This document shows positions 8,839-19,084 of a stretch of 54,125 nucleotides of DNA, in pieces. The notes under the pieces were generated by a model. It did no database searches. It saw only the letters and a program-made list of their open reading frames with translations, and was not told the DNA's origin. This stretch comes from Acidobacteriota bacterium (lineage in GTDB: Bacteria > Acidobacteriota > Thermoanaerobaculia > Multivoradales > J023), in contig JBCDBH010000002.1 in NCBI GenBank assembly GCA_039184055.1, positions 1 through 54,125 on the forward strand, in the 5' to 3' direction. The position numbers and the translations under genes were made by a program. Within the stretch, counting starts at the first letter, position 1, and the number at the start of each line of letters is the position of its first letter.

Positions 8839-9150
8839 CGCCTTGTCTCCTCAAATCCGCAGTGGTCGATCATGGCCTCAAAATAAATAAGAAACTGGCG
8901 AGCTTGGCAGCTTGGTGGCGGACACGATTGCCACCATTTGGCTGAGACTACCATCCTCGCGCCGCCAGAAGAATTGCACGCTTTCCTCTTGCCACGAGCC
9001 GCGTGCTAGTCTTCCAAAAGCGCGGTCGTATGTGAGCCACATCGAAAAACGCTCACGGGCCGAAGGCTCGACTTGCGGTTCGATGCCGCACATCCCTCTC
9101 CCGATCCATGTCCGTTGGGTGGCTCATCCGAGAGTCGCTAGAGAATCACC

Positions 9151-10719
9151 ATGAGCCGACGAACCAAGAAAACTCATCATTGGGCACCCTATCGCGCCGA
9201 TGAACGCGCGGTACGGCCCTTCTCGCCTCATGCCATGCACCGATTGGCGCTCGCCTATGCCAATCGGTACGAGGTCGGTATGTCGAGCCTGGGTTTTCAG
9301 CGTGTCTACGAGGTGATTCACGACACGCCGAATTGGGCATGTGAGCGTTTCTTCTCGGACGGTGTGGGCATGCCTGTGTCGGTGGAGCTCGATACTCCGC
9401 TCACCGAATTCGGAGCAGTCGCTTTCTCGGTGTCCTTCGAGGAAGACTACGTCAACCTGCTCCGTATGCTCGATCGCGCGGGGATCGCGCTGCGCCGAGA
9501 CGATCGTCAGCCATGGGATCCGATCGTCATCATGGGAGGTTCGTGCGCGGCGATCAACCCCCTACCGATGGCGGCGTTCGTCGATGTGTTCGCGCTCGGC
9601 GCGATCGAGAACCTGGCTGCCGACCTGCTCGGCGCGCTCAGCGAAGAGAGTGATCGCGACGCGGCGATCGAGCGTCTGTCGACCCGTGAAGGGTTTTTTG
9701 TTCCCGCCCATCACCGGCCCGAAAGTCAGGACGACTTCGCCAAGCTTCGCAAGCTCGAGCTGAACGGCGAGCAGATCGCCACCGGTGCGCACCTGCCCAC
9801 GAGCTGCATCATCACGCCACGCACCGAGCTGGCCGCGAAGATGCTCATCGAGATGTCACGTGGCTGTCCCGAGAAGTGCAAATACTGTTGGGCCACTTTC
9901 GGGATGGGTAAATTCCGCGCTCACCCCAAGGACACCATTCTCGCTTCGTTCGATCGCGCCCGTGGCGTCACCGACCAGCTCGGCTTCGTCGCCACCGCGG
10001 TCGGCGATCATCCTCAGATCGAGACCATCCTCGAGCAGGCGTGTGATCAGGGGTTTCGCGCCTCGGTGTCGTCGATTCGGATCCCGGCCGTCGTCCCGGG
10101 CGTGCTCGAGCCCCTCCATGCTTCCGGCGCCCGATCGATCACGCTCGCCCCCGAGACCGGTAGCGATCGTATGCGTATCTTGATGAACAAGCCGATTTCG
10201 AACGAGTTCTTGCTCGACAAAGTGCGGCTCATCTTTCGCTCCGGGTTTACCCAGCTCAAGCTTTACTTCATCGTCGGTCTGCCGCAAGAGACCATCGAAG
10301 ACGTCCATGCCATCCTGGAATTGGTATCGGCATGTCGCGACATCATGCTCGAAGAAGCCAAGAAAACCGGTGTCATCGGTCATGTCCATCTGGGAAGCAA
10401 CGTGTTGATCCCCAAACCTTACACGCCCTGGCAGCGTGAGCCGATGGACGATCCGAAGAGCTTGCGACGCAAGATCGCCCTGCTCAAAAAAGGCGTGGCG
10501 CAGCTTCCCAATGTTTCGATGAGCGCGATGTCGCCTCGTCAGGCGATCTGGCAGACCTACATCAGCCGTGGTGGTCGCGATGTCGCCGAAGCGCTCGAAC
10601 GCGCGGCGCGTGGTCAGTCGATCGCTTCTCTTCTCCGCGAACACGCCGAGCAAATCCATCCCGAAGTCTTCGCGGCCCAGCCACGCCACCTGCGTTGGCA
10701 CTTCATGCGGATGGGCTGA
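9151..10719 (+). CDS. Radical SAM protein with N-terminal B12-binding-like domain
   Basis: EMSRGCPEKCKYC (CX3CX2C), GMSSLGFQ, FSVSFEEDY, TLAPETGS, KLYFIVGLP, IPKPYTP. Confidence 0.85.
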   Translation: MSRRTKKTHHWAPYRADERAVRPFSPHAMHRLALAYANRYEVGMSSLGFQRVYEVIHDTPNWACERFFSDGVGMPVSVELDTPLTEFGAVAFSVSFEEDYVNLLRMLDRAGIALRRDDRQPWDPIVIMGGSCAAINPLPMAAFVDVFALGAIENLAADLLGALSEESDRDAAIERLSTREGFFVPAHHRPESQDDFAKLRKLELNGEQIATGAHLPTSCIITPRTELAAKMLIEMSRGCPEKCKYCWATFGMGKFRAHPKDTILASFDRARGVTDQLGFVATAVGDHPQIETILEQACDQGFRASVSSIRIPAVVPGVLEPLHASGARSITLAPETGSDRMRILMNKPISNEFLLDKVRLIFRSGFTQLKLYFIVGLPQETIEDVHAILELVSACRDIMLEEAKKTGVIGHVHLGSNVLIPKPYTPWQREPMDDPKSLRRKIALLKKGVAQLPNVSMSAMSPRQAIWQTYISRGGRDVAEALERAARGQSIASLLREHAEQIHPEVFAAQPRHLRWHFMRMG

Positions 10720-10789
10720 TCCTCACGCCAAGCCGAGCCAAGCGCCAGCTACTTCCAAGAAGAAGTTGTCGCGGTATGCGATGCTGGTG

Positions 10790-10974
10790 TGAGTTTCTGT
10801 GGGAAGTTGTCCAGTCCGCGGCAGAGGGCGCCATTTTCCGTGGAAAGTCGTCAAAAAAGCAGTTTGAAGGCGAGTTTCTGTGGGAATTGGCGTTCTCACC
10901 GGCTGAGTCGTCGAATTTCTGCAGAAATTAGCGTTTTCGCCAGCTGAGTCGCCGAATTTCCGCAGAAACTAGCG
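10790..10974. repeat. Degenerate ~41-bp tandem array with palindromic core
   Basis: Units 10890-10930 and 10931-10971 match at 35/41; gagtttctgtgggaa at 10791 and 10872; perfect palindrome aatttctgcagaaatt at 10914-10929. Confidence 0.7.
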
Positions 10975-10991
10975 AGATGTGCGACTGGCTC

Positions 10992-11867
10992 CTAGCGCAT
11001 GAGGACGCGCAGACGCTTGTTGGCGAGCCCGATGGTGATGGGTAGCGATGGATGGATGGGGTCGCCGTCCATCTGGATGGCGATGGTTTCGGGGCCGAGG
11101 ATTCGTAGCTCCCGGAAGGGGTGAAGCTCGACATCGCGGCGGCGGAGATGACGGCCGAGAGCGAGATCGCGAAGAAAGCCGGCAAGAGCCCAGCGGCCGT
11201 GACCGGTGTAGAGCACCGCTTCCAGCTGACCGTCGGTGAAGTCGGCATCGGGAGCGAGCTTGAAGGGACCACCATAGTACGGGATGTTGCACGCGGCGAC
11301 CAGGGAGACACGCCGCGGCTCGCCGTCGAGGATGATGTCGATCGGTGGGTGATCGAGCTCGAGCCAGGCCAGGAAGCCCTCCCAGGACACCGCGATTTGA
11401 CCGAGCCAGCGCTTGGCGGCGACGCCGGGCCGTGCCATGAGCGCGGCGTCCCAACCACTCGACGCCATCATCAGAAACGGGTTGCCCTGACAGAGTCCGA
11501 TGTCGATGGTGCCGGTTTGGAGCGCGCCCATGACGCGAGCGGCGGCGACGGGGCGACGAGGGATGCCGAGAACATAGGCGAGGACGTTGGCGGTGCCGCC
11601 GGGGAGACAGCCGAGGGTGGTATCGGTGTTGGCGAGACCTTCGGCGACCTCGCGTAGGGTGCCGTCGCCACCGAGCGCGAAGACGACTTCGACTCGACCG
11701 AGCGTGGCGAGCTCGGTGGCGCGAGCGGTGGTGTCACCGACTCCGGTGCTGACCACCGGATCGACCACGAAACCCGAGGCGGCGAGCGCTTCGAGGATCC
11801 GTGCCAGACGACGTGACGCGTGACGTTGACCGGCGGCCGGGTTGTACAAGAGTGCGGCGGGACGCAT
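10992..11867 (-). CDS. Diacylglycerol/lipid kinase family protein (YegS/DagK-like)
   Basis: NPAAG, GGDGTLREV, LPGGTANV, NIPYYGG, QMDGD. Confidence 0.9.
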   Translation of the reverse strand: MRPAALLYNPAAGQRHASRRLARILEALAASGFVVDPVVSTGVGDTTARATELATLGRVEVVFALGGDGTLREVAEGLANTDTTLGCLPGGTANVLAYVLGIPRRPVAAARVMGALQTGTIDIGLCQGNPFLMMASSGWDAALMARPGVAAKRWLGQIAVSWEGFLAWLELDHPPIDIILDGEPRRVSLVAACNIPYYGGPFKLAPDADFTDGQLEAVLYTGHGRWALAGFLRDLALGRHLRRRDVELHPFRELRILGPETIAIQMDGDPIHPSLPITIGLANKRLRVLMR

Positions 11868-11891
11868 GAGCGTGACGGCAGGGAAAGCCGG

Positions 11892-12926
11892 CTAGAAGAG
11901 TGTGCCGGGACGGTTGGGGTAGCCGAGATGTTCGTAGGCGCGGTGGGTGGCGATCCGGCCACGGGGCGTACGCTGGAGAAAGCCCTCCTGAATCAGAAAA
12001 GGCTCGTAGAGATCCTCGAGCGTTCCGCGATCCTCACCGATCGCGGCGGCGAGCGCCTGGATGCCGGCGGGACCGCCGTCGTAGTGCTCGATCAGCGTGC
12101 CGAGGATCTTGCGGTCGATATCGTCGAAACCGAGCTCGTCGACCTCGAGTTGCTCGAGCGCGCGCCGCGCGACGCCACGGTCGATGGCTTCAGCCTGGGC
12201 GACCTGGGCGAAATCACGCACCCGTCGCAGCAAGCGGTTGGCGATTCGAGGCGTGCCACGGCTGCGGCGGGCGATCTCGAGCGCGCCGCTCGGTTCGATC
12301 TCGATACCCAAATGACGCGCCGACCGCTCGACGATCGTGGCGAGATCCTCGGCACGATAAAAGTCGAGCCGCTGCACGATCCCGAAACGAGCGAAGAGCG
12401 GCTTGGTGATCAGCCCCGCGCGGGTGGTGGCGCCGACCAAGGTGAAGCGCGGCAAGGGGATTTCCATCGTCCGGGCCGCCGGTCCTTGACCGATCACCAG
12501 ATCGAGCTTGAAATCCTCCACCGCCGGATAGAGGGTTTCTTCGATGACCGCGTTGAGCCGGTGAATCTCATCGATGAAGAGCACTTCGCCGGGCTCGAGA
12601 TTGGTCAAGATGGCGGCCAGATCACCGGCTTTGTCGAGCGCTGGGCCGGCCGTGACCCGCAGCGGCACACCCATCTCGTTGGCGATGATGTGTGCCAGGG
12701 TGGTTTTGCCGAGCCCGGGTGGGCCAAAAAGCAGGGTGTGATCGAGCGGCTCCCCGCGCTCGCGAGCGGCGCGAATAAAGACCTCGAGATTCTCGACCAC
12801 CTTGCGCTGACCGATGTAATCGCCGAACCGTTTCGGGCGCAGGTTCGGCTCGGCTCCGAGCTCGTCGTCGAGCGCGGCGCCGTCGAGCAAACGCGAAGCG
12901 TCGAGCAATCGGGGATCGTCGATCAT
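11892..12926 (-). CDS. ruvB: Holliday junction branch migration helicase RuvB
   Basis: [54 protein letters not shown]. Confidence 0.98.
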   Translation of the reverse strand: MIDDPRLLDASRLLDGAALDDELGAEPNLRPKRFGDYIGQRKVVENLEVFIRAARERGEPLDHTLLFGPPGLGKTTLAHIIANEMGVPLRVTAGPALDKAGDLAAILTNLEPGEVLFIDEIHRLNAVIEETLYPAVEDFKLDLVIGQGPAARTMEIPLPRFTLVGATTRAGLITKPLFARFGIVQRLDFYRAEDLATIVERSARHLGIEIEPSGALEIARRSRGTPRIANRLLRRVRDFAQVAQAEAIDRGVARRALEQLEVDELGFDDIDRKILGTLIEHYDGGPAGIQALAAAIGEDRGTLEDLYEPFLIQEGFLQRTPRGRIATHRAYEHLGYPNRPGTLF

Positions 12927-12961
12927 GCTGTCATTCTATCCGTGGGCCTCGACCCGATGTG

Positions 12962-13549
12962 TCAGCTGCCGGACAACCAGCGTAGGGCGGCGCGCAATTG
13001 CTCGGCGAAGGGGGCGTCGGCGTGGCGGTCGCGGACGTGGTCGAGCGCGCGGGTGGCTTGGTTGGCGCGATAGCCGAGGTTGACCAGCGCCGAATGGAGA
13101 TCGTCCTCCCCCGCCGCCGGCGCTACCGTGGTCGGCAGCTCGGGCGCTGCCAATTTGTCACGTAGCTCGAGCACCATGCGCTCGGCGGTTTTCTTGCCGA
13201 CGCCGGGAATGGTGACCAGTCGACGAACGTCGCCACCACGGATCGCCGTGCTCAGGTCGGCCGGTGACATCCCCGAGAGCACCGCCTGGGCGAGCCGGGG
13301 GCCGATTCCTGAGACGGCGATCAGTTGTTCGAAGAGCTGGCGTTCGGCTTCGGTCCAGAAGCCGTAAAGCAGGAAGGCGTCCTCACGGACGTGGGTGTGG
13401 ACCCATAGACCGACACTGTCCGCGCCAGCGCGCTCGAGCTCGTAGTAGGTCGAGGTGGGGATGTGGAGGTCGTACCCCACGCCGCCGACCCCGAGCAGAA
13501 CGCGCTCGGGGGTCAGCTGTCGGACGACACCTTCGAGGTGGCCGATCAA
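12962..13549 (-). CDS. ruvA: Holliday junction branch migration protein RuvA
   Basis: MIGHLEG, VGGVGY, HVREDAFLLYGF, VSGIGPRLA, IPGVGKKTAERMVLEL. Confidence 0.97.
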   Translation of the reverse strand: MIGHLEGVVRQLTPERVLLGVGGVGYDLHIPTSTYYELERAGADSVGLWVHTHVREDAFLLYGFWTEAERQLFEQLIAVSGIGPRLAQAVLSGMSPADLSTAIRGGDVRRLVTIPGVGKKTAERMVLELRDKLAAPELPTTVAPAAGEDDLHSALVNLGYRANQATRALDHVRDRHADAPFAEQLRAALRWLSGS

Positions 13550-15510
13550 CCCTCGCTCACCGCCGACATCTCGATACCGAGATTCTGCAGCACTTCCGGG
13601 TTGTAGATGATGTCGAGGTCGCGACGGCGCCGTTCGACCAGCGATTGTTGGAGTCGCTGGAGTCGCTCGTTGCGCTGCTGCGCCAGGAGATCGTCACGGG
13701 CGTCGGCGAACGCGGTGGCGTCGAAGGTCTGGCGATCGCTCACTTCGTAGAGCACGGCATTCTGACCGACCAGCTTGGGCTCGCCGACCGCACCGACCTC
13801 GAGCTGGAACACCGACGCGAGCAGCTCGGGAGCGGCACCCAGGGTGCCCACCGTGCGATCGCGGCGACCGAGATCGTCGGCGGTCGCGACCGTGACCGCG
13901 AATTCCTCGGCGAGCAGCTCGAACGTCGCTTCACCCGACGCCAGCCGTTCCTTGGCGCGGGCCAAACGGGCGAGCGCTTCGTCCTTTTGCTTCTCCTGCA
14001 TCACCTGGGGACGGATCTCGGCGCTCACCTCGTCGAGCTCGGGAATCCGCGGTGGCCGGATCTCGGCGAGCCGCAGGATCGCCCAGCCGCGAGGAATCTT
14101 GACCGGTGCCGACACCGCGCCGGGCTCGCCGAGCGCGAAGGCGGTGGCGCTGAACTCACCCTGACCGATCCCGGGCACCACGTCGGTGGCGCCGAAGGGT
14201 TCGGTGGTCTCGAACGACAACGCATCTTCCTCGCCGGCGATCGATTCGAGCACGGCGGGGTTGTCGAGCATCTCCTGCTCGATCCGGGTCGCCAGCTCAC
14301 GTGCCTTGGATTCGGCCAGCTCCTGGGATTGCTCGCCGACTAGACGGGCACGAATCTGCGGGGTGACCTGCTCGAGCGGCCGTGGACCGCCTTCTCGTTG
14401 ATCGAGGACCTCGATCAAATGCATGCCGTATTGCGTCTGGATCGGACCGATCAGCGTTCCGGCGGTGTTGCCGAACACCGCTTCGACAAAGTCGGCGCTC
14501 CACGCGGCGCGACCGAAATAGCCGAGATCACCACCGCGATCTTTGCTGTCCGGATCCTCCGACAGCTCGCGGGCGACATCGCCGAAGTCTTCACCCAGTG
14601 CAATCCGCTCCCGCGCCTCGTTGAGCACGTTGCGTGCGTCGTCGGGGGTGCGGGTCGGTCCGAGCAGGATCAGGATGTGACGGGCGCGGACCTGCTCCTC
14701 GAGGGTGAAGGACTCGATGTTCTCTTCGTAGTAGGCCTGGATCTCCGACTCGGGCACCTCGATATCGCGACGCAATTGCAGGGCGTCCACCAGGAGGTAC
14801 TCGACCTGACGCTCCTCGGGGCGTTCGAGACCGGTCTTGTTCTCTTCGTAGTAGGCCTGGAGCTCGGCGTCGCTCACCTCGACATCGGTGATTCGGCCGA
14901 TCGGCAGCTGGAGATAGCGAATCGAGGCTTTCTCGTTCTGCTCGCGATAGGCGGTCTCGAGATCGGGCTCGGAAATATAAACCGTGGTCGCGAGCACGCG
15001 ATCGAGCTTCTCGAGCATCAGGGAGTCACGAATCTCGTTTTCGAGATCGGCCGGGCTGCGTCGAAGGTTGCGACGGACGATTTCGATATAGCGCTCGCGG
15101 CCGACAAAGCGCCCGTTCTCGTCTTGAAACGCGGGGTACGAGCGAATCGCCTCGCCGAGCTCTTTATCGGTGACGTCGAGCCCCAAGGTTCGTGCCTCGC
15201 GCAGCAAGATCTTGTTGTTGATCTCTTGATTGAGCGCTTGCGCCGGGAGATTGAGCTGCTCGAGCGTTTCGTCGGTGAGCTGATCTTGGAAGATCTGACG
15301 GTAGTAGCTCTCGATATTGCGATACGTCTGGCGCAGATCTTCGACGGTGATCGACTCGCCGCCGACCGTGGTGGCGACCGAGGTCCCGGTGCCACCGGCC
15401 TGGTTGTACCCACCCCATTCGAAAAACACCAAACCGATGAAAACGAGGATCACCAGCCAGAGAACCCAGCTGAGGTATTTCATCTGATCGCGAAGCCATC
15501 TCATAGCCAT
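13546..15510 (-). CDS. ppiD: PpiD/SurA-like periplasmic chaperone, parvulin PPIase
   Basis: N-terminal TM, SurA N-like region, VRARHILI...FGDVARELSEDPDSKDRGGDLGYF. Confidence 0.85.
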   Translation of the reverse strand: MAMRWLRDQMKYLSWVLWLVILVFIGLVFFEWGGYNQAGGTGTSVATTVGGESITVEDLRQTYRNIESYYRQIFQDQLTDETLEQLNLPAQALNQEINNKILLREARTLGLDVTDKELGEAIRSYPAFQDENGRFVGRERYIEIVRRNLRRSPADLENEIRDSLMLEKLDRVLATTVYISEPDLETAYREQNEKASIRYLQLPIGRITDVEVSDAELQAYYEENKTGLERPEERQVEYLLVDALQLRRDIEVPESEIQAYYEENIESFTLEEQVRARHILILLGPTRTPDDARNVLNEARERIALGEDFGDVARELSEDPDSKDRGGDLGYFGRAAWSADFVEAVFGNTAGTLIGPIQTQYGMHLIEVLDQREGGPRPLEQVTPQIRARLVGEQSQELAESKARELATRIEQEMLDNPAVLESIAGEEDALSFETTEPFGATDVVPGIGQGEFSATAFALGEPGAVSAPVKIPRGWAILRLAEIRPPRIPELDEVSAEIRPQVMQEKQKDEALARLARAKERLASGEATFELLAEEFAVTVATADDLGRRDRTVGTLGAAPELLASVFQLEVGAVGEPKLVGQNAVLYEVSDRQTFDATAFADARDDLLAQQRNERLQRLQQSLVERRRRDLDIIYNPEVLQNLGIEMSAVSEG

Positions 15511-15665
15511 GGTGTGTTTCTCCTTCGTGGGACCGCCATTACCGGCGTGAGGGCCGCCAAGTGGGCGGTTTCCAGTCGGCGAACCTTATCTTCTCGATCT
15601 CTTCCAGGCAACCCCACGAATAGCGAAAGCGCCTGGTTTTGCTGGACTTGTGTTATGTTTCGGCG

Positions 15666-17171
15666 ATGAGTCGGCGAGCCGAGGAGGCGCCGGGAGCGAA
15701 TCCCATGGCAGATGGACGCAAATCCCATGCCGAACCGCGTGAATGGTACAGCGTGGCGGTCAGCACGGTCCGACTATGGACCGTGTTCGCGATCTTGGTG
15801 GTCCTCACGGTGGTCGGATTCGTCGCGTTTCATCGGCTGCAGGCGGAGAATCAAGAGGCGGAGGCGGCACGGCTGATCTCGCGTGGCGACCAGCTACTCG
15901 CCCAAGTCGCGAGCCGCGCGGTCACCGACGACTGGCGCGCCGGTCATCGCGAAGCCGCGACGCTGCTCGACGACGCGCGCGGCGCCTATGCCGAGGAACG
16001 CTGGCCCGACGCTTACCAGAGCGCCAACGAAGCGGTCGGACGGATCGAAGGCCTGCTCGGGATCGGTGACGGTGGCGGAGAGATCCGCTTCGTCTATGTC
16101 CACGGTGGCGTCGAGTTCCGTCGTGGCGAGCGGGGCGCCTGGAAACGGGCGCGCAAGCACGACAGTCTCGATGCCGGTGATTGGGTGAAGACGGCCACCG
16201 ACGGCACCGCGCAGATCGCGCTGTCCGACAACTCTCTCTACACTCTCCGTCAGAACACCATGGTGCAATTGGGTGGGCTCCGCGGCCGAAACGGCACAGG
16301 TGGCGGAGGTGGCAAGGAAACCACCGAAGTGGTCTTCGGCTGGGTCGAGCTCAATACCGCGCAACGCGAGAGCCGCGTGTCGACGCCACGCTCGCAGGCC
16401 AAGGTCGATCGCAACACCGAAGCGCTGGTGGCCTACGACGCCAACGCCGAGCGATCACGATTCGCGGCCTATGAAGGCCAGCTCGAGGTGTCCTCGGACG
16501 ACGGTGAATCACGGGTGGTGAGCGCCAACGAACAGGTGGTGCAAGATGGTGACGGGCTTTCCGAGGCACAGCCTTTGCCCACTCGTCCACGTCTTTCCGG
16601 GCCCGCCGATCACTTCGAGATCGATCTCGAATCACAGGATCGTCTCCAGCTCGCCTGGGATCCGGTCGATGATGCGCGGCGCTACAAATTGCAGGTATCG
16701 TCGAACCGCCAATTCGCCACCACGATCATCGACGACGAGCGTCGGCGCACCGAAGCTACCGTCGGGATCCGGGGCGAAGGCAATTTCTACTGGCAGGTGG
16801 CGGCGGTCGATCGCTCGGGCATCCAGGGACGATGGAGCGCGCCACGCGCGTTTCGGGTCGTATCGCTACGGGGGATCCGGCAGCTGGTCGACGAAGAACC
16901 ACCGCCGCTCGACATCGACAAAGTCGATGCATTCGGTAGTCTGGCGCTGATCGAAGGCACGACCGAGCCGGGTGCGACCGTGTCGGTCAACCAGCAGCCA
17001 GTCACCGTCGGTCTCAACGGTCGCTTCAGCACCACGTTGGATTTACGATCGTTACTCGATGCCGCCGGTCTGTCCGTCGACGAGGCCAGCTTGCCCCTCG
17101 AATTCATTGCCACCGACGCGTCCGGCAACGAAACTGTCGTGACGCGTAGTCTGGCGTTGGAAGCTTACTGA
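15666..17171 (+). CDS. Membrane-anchored FecR-domain protein with FN3/Ig-like C-terminal domains
   Basis: Single TM; LDAGDWVKTATDGTAQIALSDNS FecR-like motif; LAWDPVDDARRYKLQVS...FYWQVAAVD FN3-like; IEGTTEPGATVSVN Ig-like; start may be 15705. Confidence 0.7.
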   Translation: MSRRAEEAPGANPMADGRKSHAEPREWYSVAVSTVRLWTVFAILVVLTVVGFVAFHRLQAENQEAEAARLISRGDQLLAQVASRAVTDDWRAGHREAATLLDDARGAYAEERWPDAYQSANEAVGRIEGLLGIGDGGGEIRFVYVHGGVEFRRGERGAWKRARKHDSLDAGDWVKTATDGTAQIALSDNSLYTLRQNTMVQLGGLRGRNGTGGGGGKETTEVVFGWVELNTAQRESRVSTPRSQAKVDRNTEALVAYDANAERSRFAAYEGQLEVSSDDGESRVVSANEQVVQDGDGLSEAQPLPTRPRLSGPADHFEIDLESQDRLQLAWDPVDDARRYKLQVSSNRQFATTIIDDERRRTEATVGIRGEGNFYWQVAAVDRSGIQGRWSAPRAFRVVSLRGIRQLVDEEPPPLDIDKVDAFGSLALIEGTTEPGATVSVNQQPVTVGLNGRFSTTLDLRSLLDAAGLSVDEASLPLEFIATDASGNETVVTRSLALEAY

Positions 17172-17219
17172 TCGATCTGTCGACGCTGACGCGCGACATC
17201 TTCTCGAGCTCGGAGATCC

Positions 17220-18245
17220 ATGCCCATCTCTTCGTTTCTGCGTTTGTTTTCGGACGATCTGGCGATCGACCTCGGTACCGCCAACACCCTCGTTTTCACC
17301 CGTAACGACGGCATCGTCGTCCGTGAGCCGTCGGTCGTGGTGGTCAACAAGATCACCAACAAGATCGAGGCGGTCGGCAATCAGGCCAAGGAGATGCTCG
17401 GTCGCACGCCGGGCAACATCGAGTCGGTTCGGCCGATGAAAGACGGTGTCATCGCCGATTTCGACATCACCGAGCAGATGCTCAAGTACTTCATCGCCAA
17501 GGCTCACGGGGGCAAAGGCTGGGTGCGGCCGCGGATCGTCATCGGCGTGCCCTCCGAGATCACCCCGGTCGAGAAGAAGGCGGTGCGTGACTCGGCGGAG
17601 GCCGCCGGCGCGTCCGAGGTCTACCTCGTCGATCAGGCGATGATGGCGGCGATCGGCGCCGGCCTGCCGATCACCGAGCCGTCGGGAAATATGATCGTCG
17701 ATATCGGTGGTGGTACGACCGATGTCGCGGTCATTTCGCTCGCTGGTCCGGTGTACAGCCGGTCGCTGAAGATCGCCGGCAACGAGCTCGACGAGGCGAT
17801 CACCAACTTCCTCAAGAAGGAATACTCGTTGTTGATCGGTGAACGCACCGCCGAGCACATCAAAATCGAGCTCGGTTCGGCCTACCCGCTCGCCGAGCCG
17901 ATCAGCATCGAGATCAAAGGCCGTGATCTGGTCGAAGGCGTGCCCAAGACTCTCGAAATCAGCGACGAGGAAGTGCGCCGGGCGCTCGCCGAGCCGATCT
18001 CGGCGATCGTCGAATCGGTTCGCATGGCGCTCGAGCGCACCCCGCCCGAGCTCTCCGCCGACATCATGGACAAGGGCATCGTGCTGTCGGGTGGCGGCGC
18101 TTTGATCCGTAATCTCGACCAGCGGATTCGCGAAGAAACCGGTTTGCCGGTTGTTTTGGCCGACGACCCGCTGTGCTCGGTGGTGCTCGGTACCGGTCGC
18201 CTGCTCGAGGATATCGACCTGCTCCGTAAGGTCTCGATCCGGTGA
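17220..18245 (+). CDS. mreB: Rod shape-determining protein MreB
   Basis: AIDLGTANTL, VDIGGGTTDVA, IGERTAE, GIVLSGGGAL. Confidence 0.98.
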   Translation: MPISSFLRLFSDDLAIDLGTANTLVFTRNDGIVVREPSVVVVNKITNKIEAVGNQAKEMLGRTPGNIESVRPMKDGVIADFDITEQMLKYFIAKAHGGKGWVRPRIVIGVPSEITPVEKKAVRDSAEAAGASEVYLVDQAMMAAIGAGLPITEPSGNMIVDIGGGTTDVAVISLAGPVYSRSLKIAGNELDEAITNFLKKEYSLLIGERTAEHIKIELGSAYPLAEPISIEIKGRDLVEGVPKTLEISDEEVRRALAEPISAIVESVRMALERTPPELSADIMDKGIVLSGGGALIRNLDQRIREETGLPVVLADDPLCSVVLGTGRLLEDIDLLRKVSIR

Positions 18246-19084
18246 CCATGATGCGCGAGCGGTGGCACAATCTGCTGCTCGCCGTTCTCCTGCTCAGTCA
18301 CCTCTTTCTACTCGCCAATCGACCCGACGCCGAAGACAGCCGGTTCGATCGCATGTTCTTGGCCACGGTGGCGCCGGTGGCGGATGGCGCCGTGGGGGTC
18401 GTCGACGGCATCGGTACACGCGCCAAGCGTCTCCGAACGCGATCGCAGATCATCGAGGAAAACACGCGGTTGCGTTCCGAGGTGGCCGAGCTCGAGGCCG
18501 AGCTGGTGCGTTACTCCGGGCTCGAGGCCGAGCTCGACAACCTCGAGCTGATCGCCAACGTGGCGTCCCTCGAGCGTAGCGAGGTGATCGTCGCCGATGT
18601 CGTGCTCGCCGACTACGCCACCGCCATCAAGACCTTGTTGATCGATGCTGGCAACGCCGAGCTCCGTTACAACCAAGCGGTGCGGACCACGGATGGTTTG
18701 GTCGGTCGCGTGGTGACCACCAGTGGCAGTTACGCCAAAGTCCAGCTGGTCACCGATCGCTCGGCGGCGGTCTCGGCGATGATCGCGCGCACGCGTCGCA
18801 AAGGGGTGGTCCGAGGCACCGGTGGCAGTCTGCTGGCCTTCGATTACTTACCGCGTCGCGCCAATGTGCAAAAAGGGGATCTGGTGACCACCGCGGGAAT
18901 CGACGGCATTTTCGAGCGCGGCATTCCGATCGGCACGGTGGCCGAGGTGCACGATGGCGACGATCTCTTTCATGAGATCGAGGTCATCCCCGCGGCCGAT
19001 TTCAGCCGGCTCGATCTGGTGTACGTGTTGCCGGACGATCCACTGCCCGACGAGATCGTCGAGGAGCTGGATGCCCTTCCTTAG
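18242..19084 (+). CDS. mreC: Rod shape-determining protein MreC
   Basis: TM plus coiled coil, GLVGRV, GDLVTTAGIDGIFERGIPIG; follows mreB. Confidence 0.93.
   Translation: MTMMRERWHNLLLAVLLLSHLFLLANRPDAEDSRFDRMFLATVAPVADGAVGVVDGIGTRAKRLRTRSQIIEENTRLRSEVAELEAELVRYSGLEAELDNLELIANVASLERSEVIVADVVLADYATAIKTLLIDAGNAELRYNQAVRTTDGLVGRVVTTSGSYAKVQLVTDRSAAVSAMIARTRRKGVVRGTGGSLLAFDYLPRRANVQKGDLVTTAGIDGIFERGIPIGTVAEVHDGDDLFHEIEVIPAADFSRLDLVYVLPDDPLPDEIVEELDALP

Noticed and set aside
8916-8931. Sigma54 promoter-like TGGC...TTGC
   Set aside because: GG to GC spacing is 11 nt rather than the required 10.
8840-9150. SAM riboswitch upstream of the MetX-family gene
   Set aside because: No recognisable SAM-I core on the minus strand; a covariance-model search would be needed to exclude other classes.
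10790-10974. CRISPR interpretation of the palindromic repeats
   Set aside because: Sequence between cores is itself repeated rather than unique, the period is too short, and no cas genes are present.
11892-13549. ruvAB without adjacent ruvC
   Set aside because: ruvC is often unlinked; absence cannot be judged from one window.
11820-15669. Long plus-strand ORFs (417, 359, 423 aa)
   Set aside because: Antisense to ruvB, ruvA and ppiD; typical high-GC artefacts.
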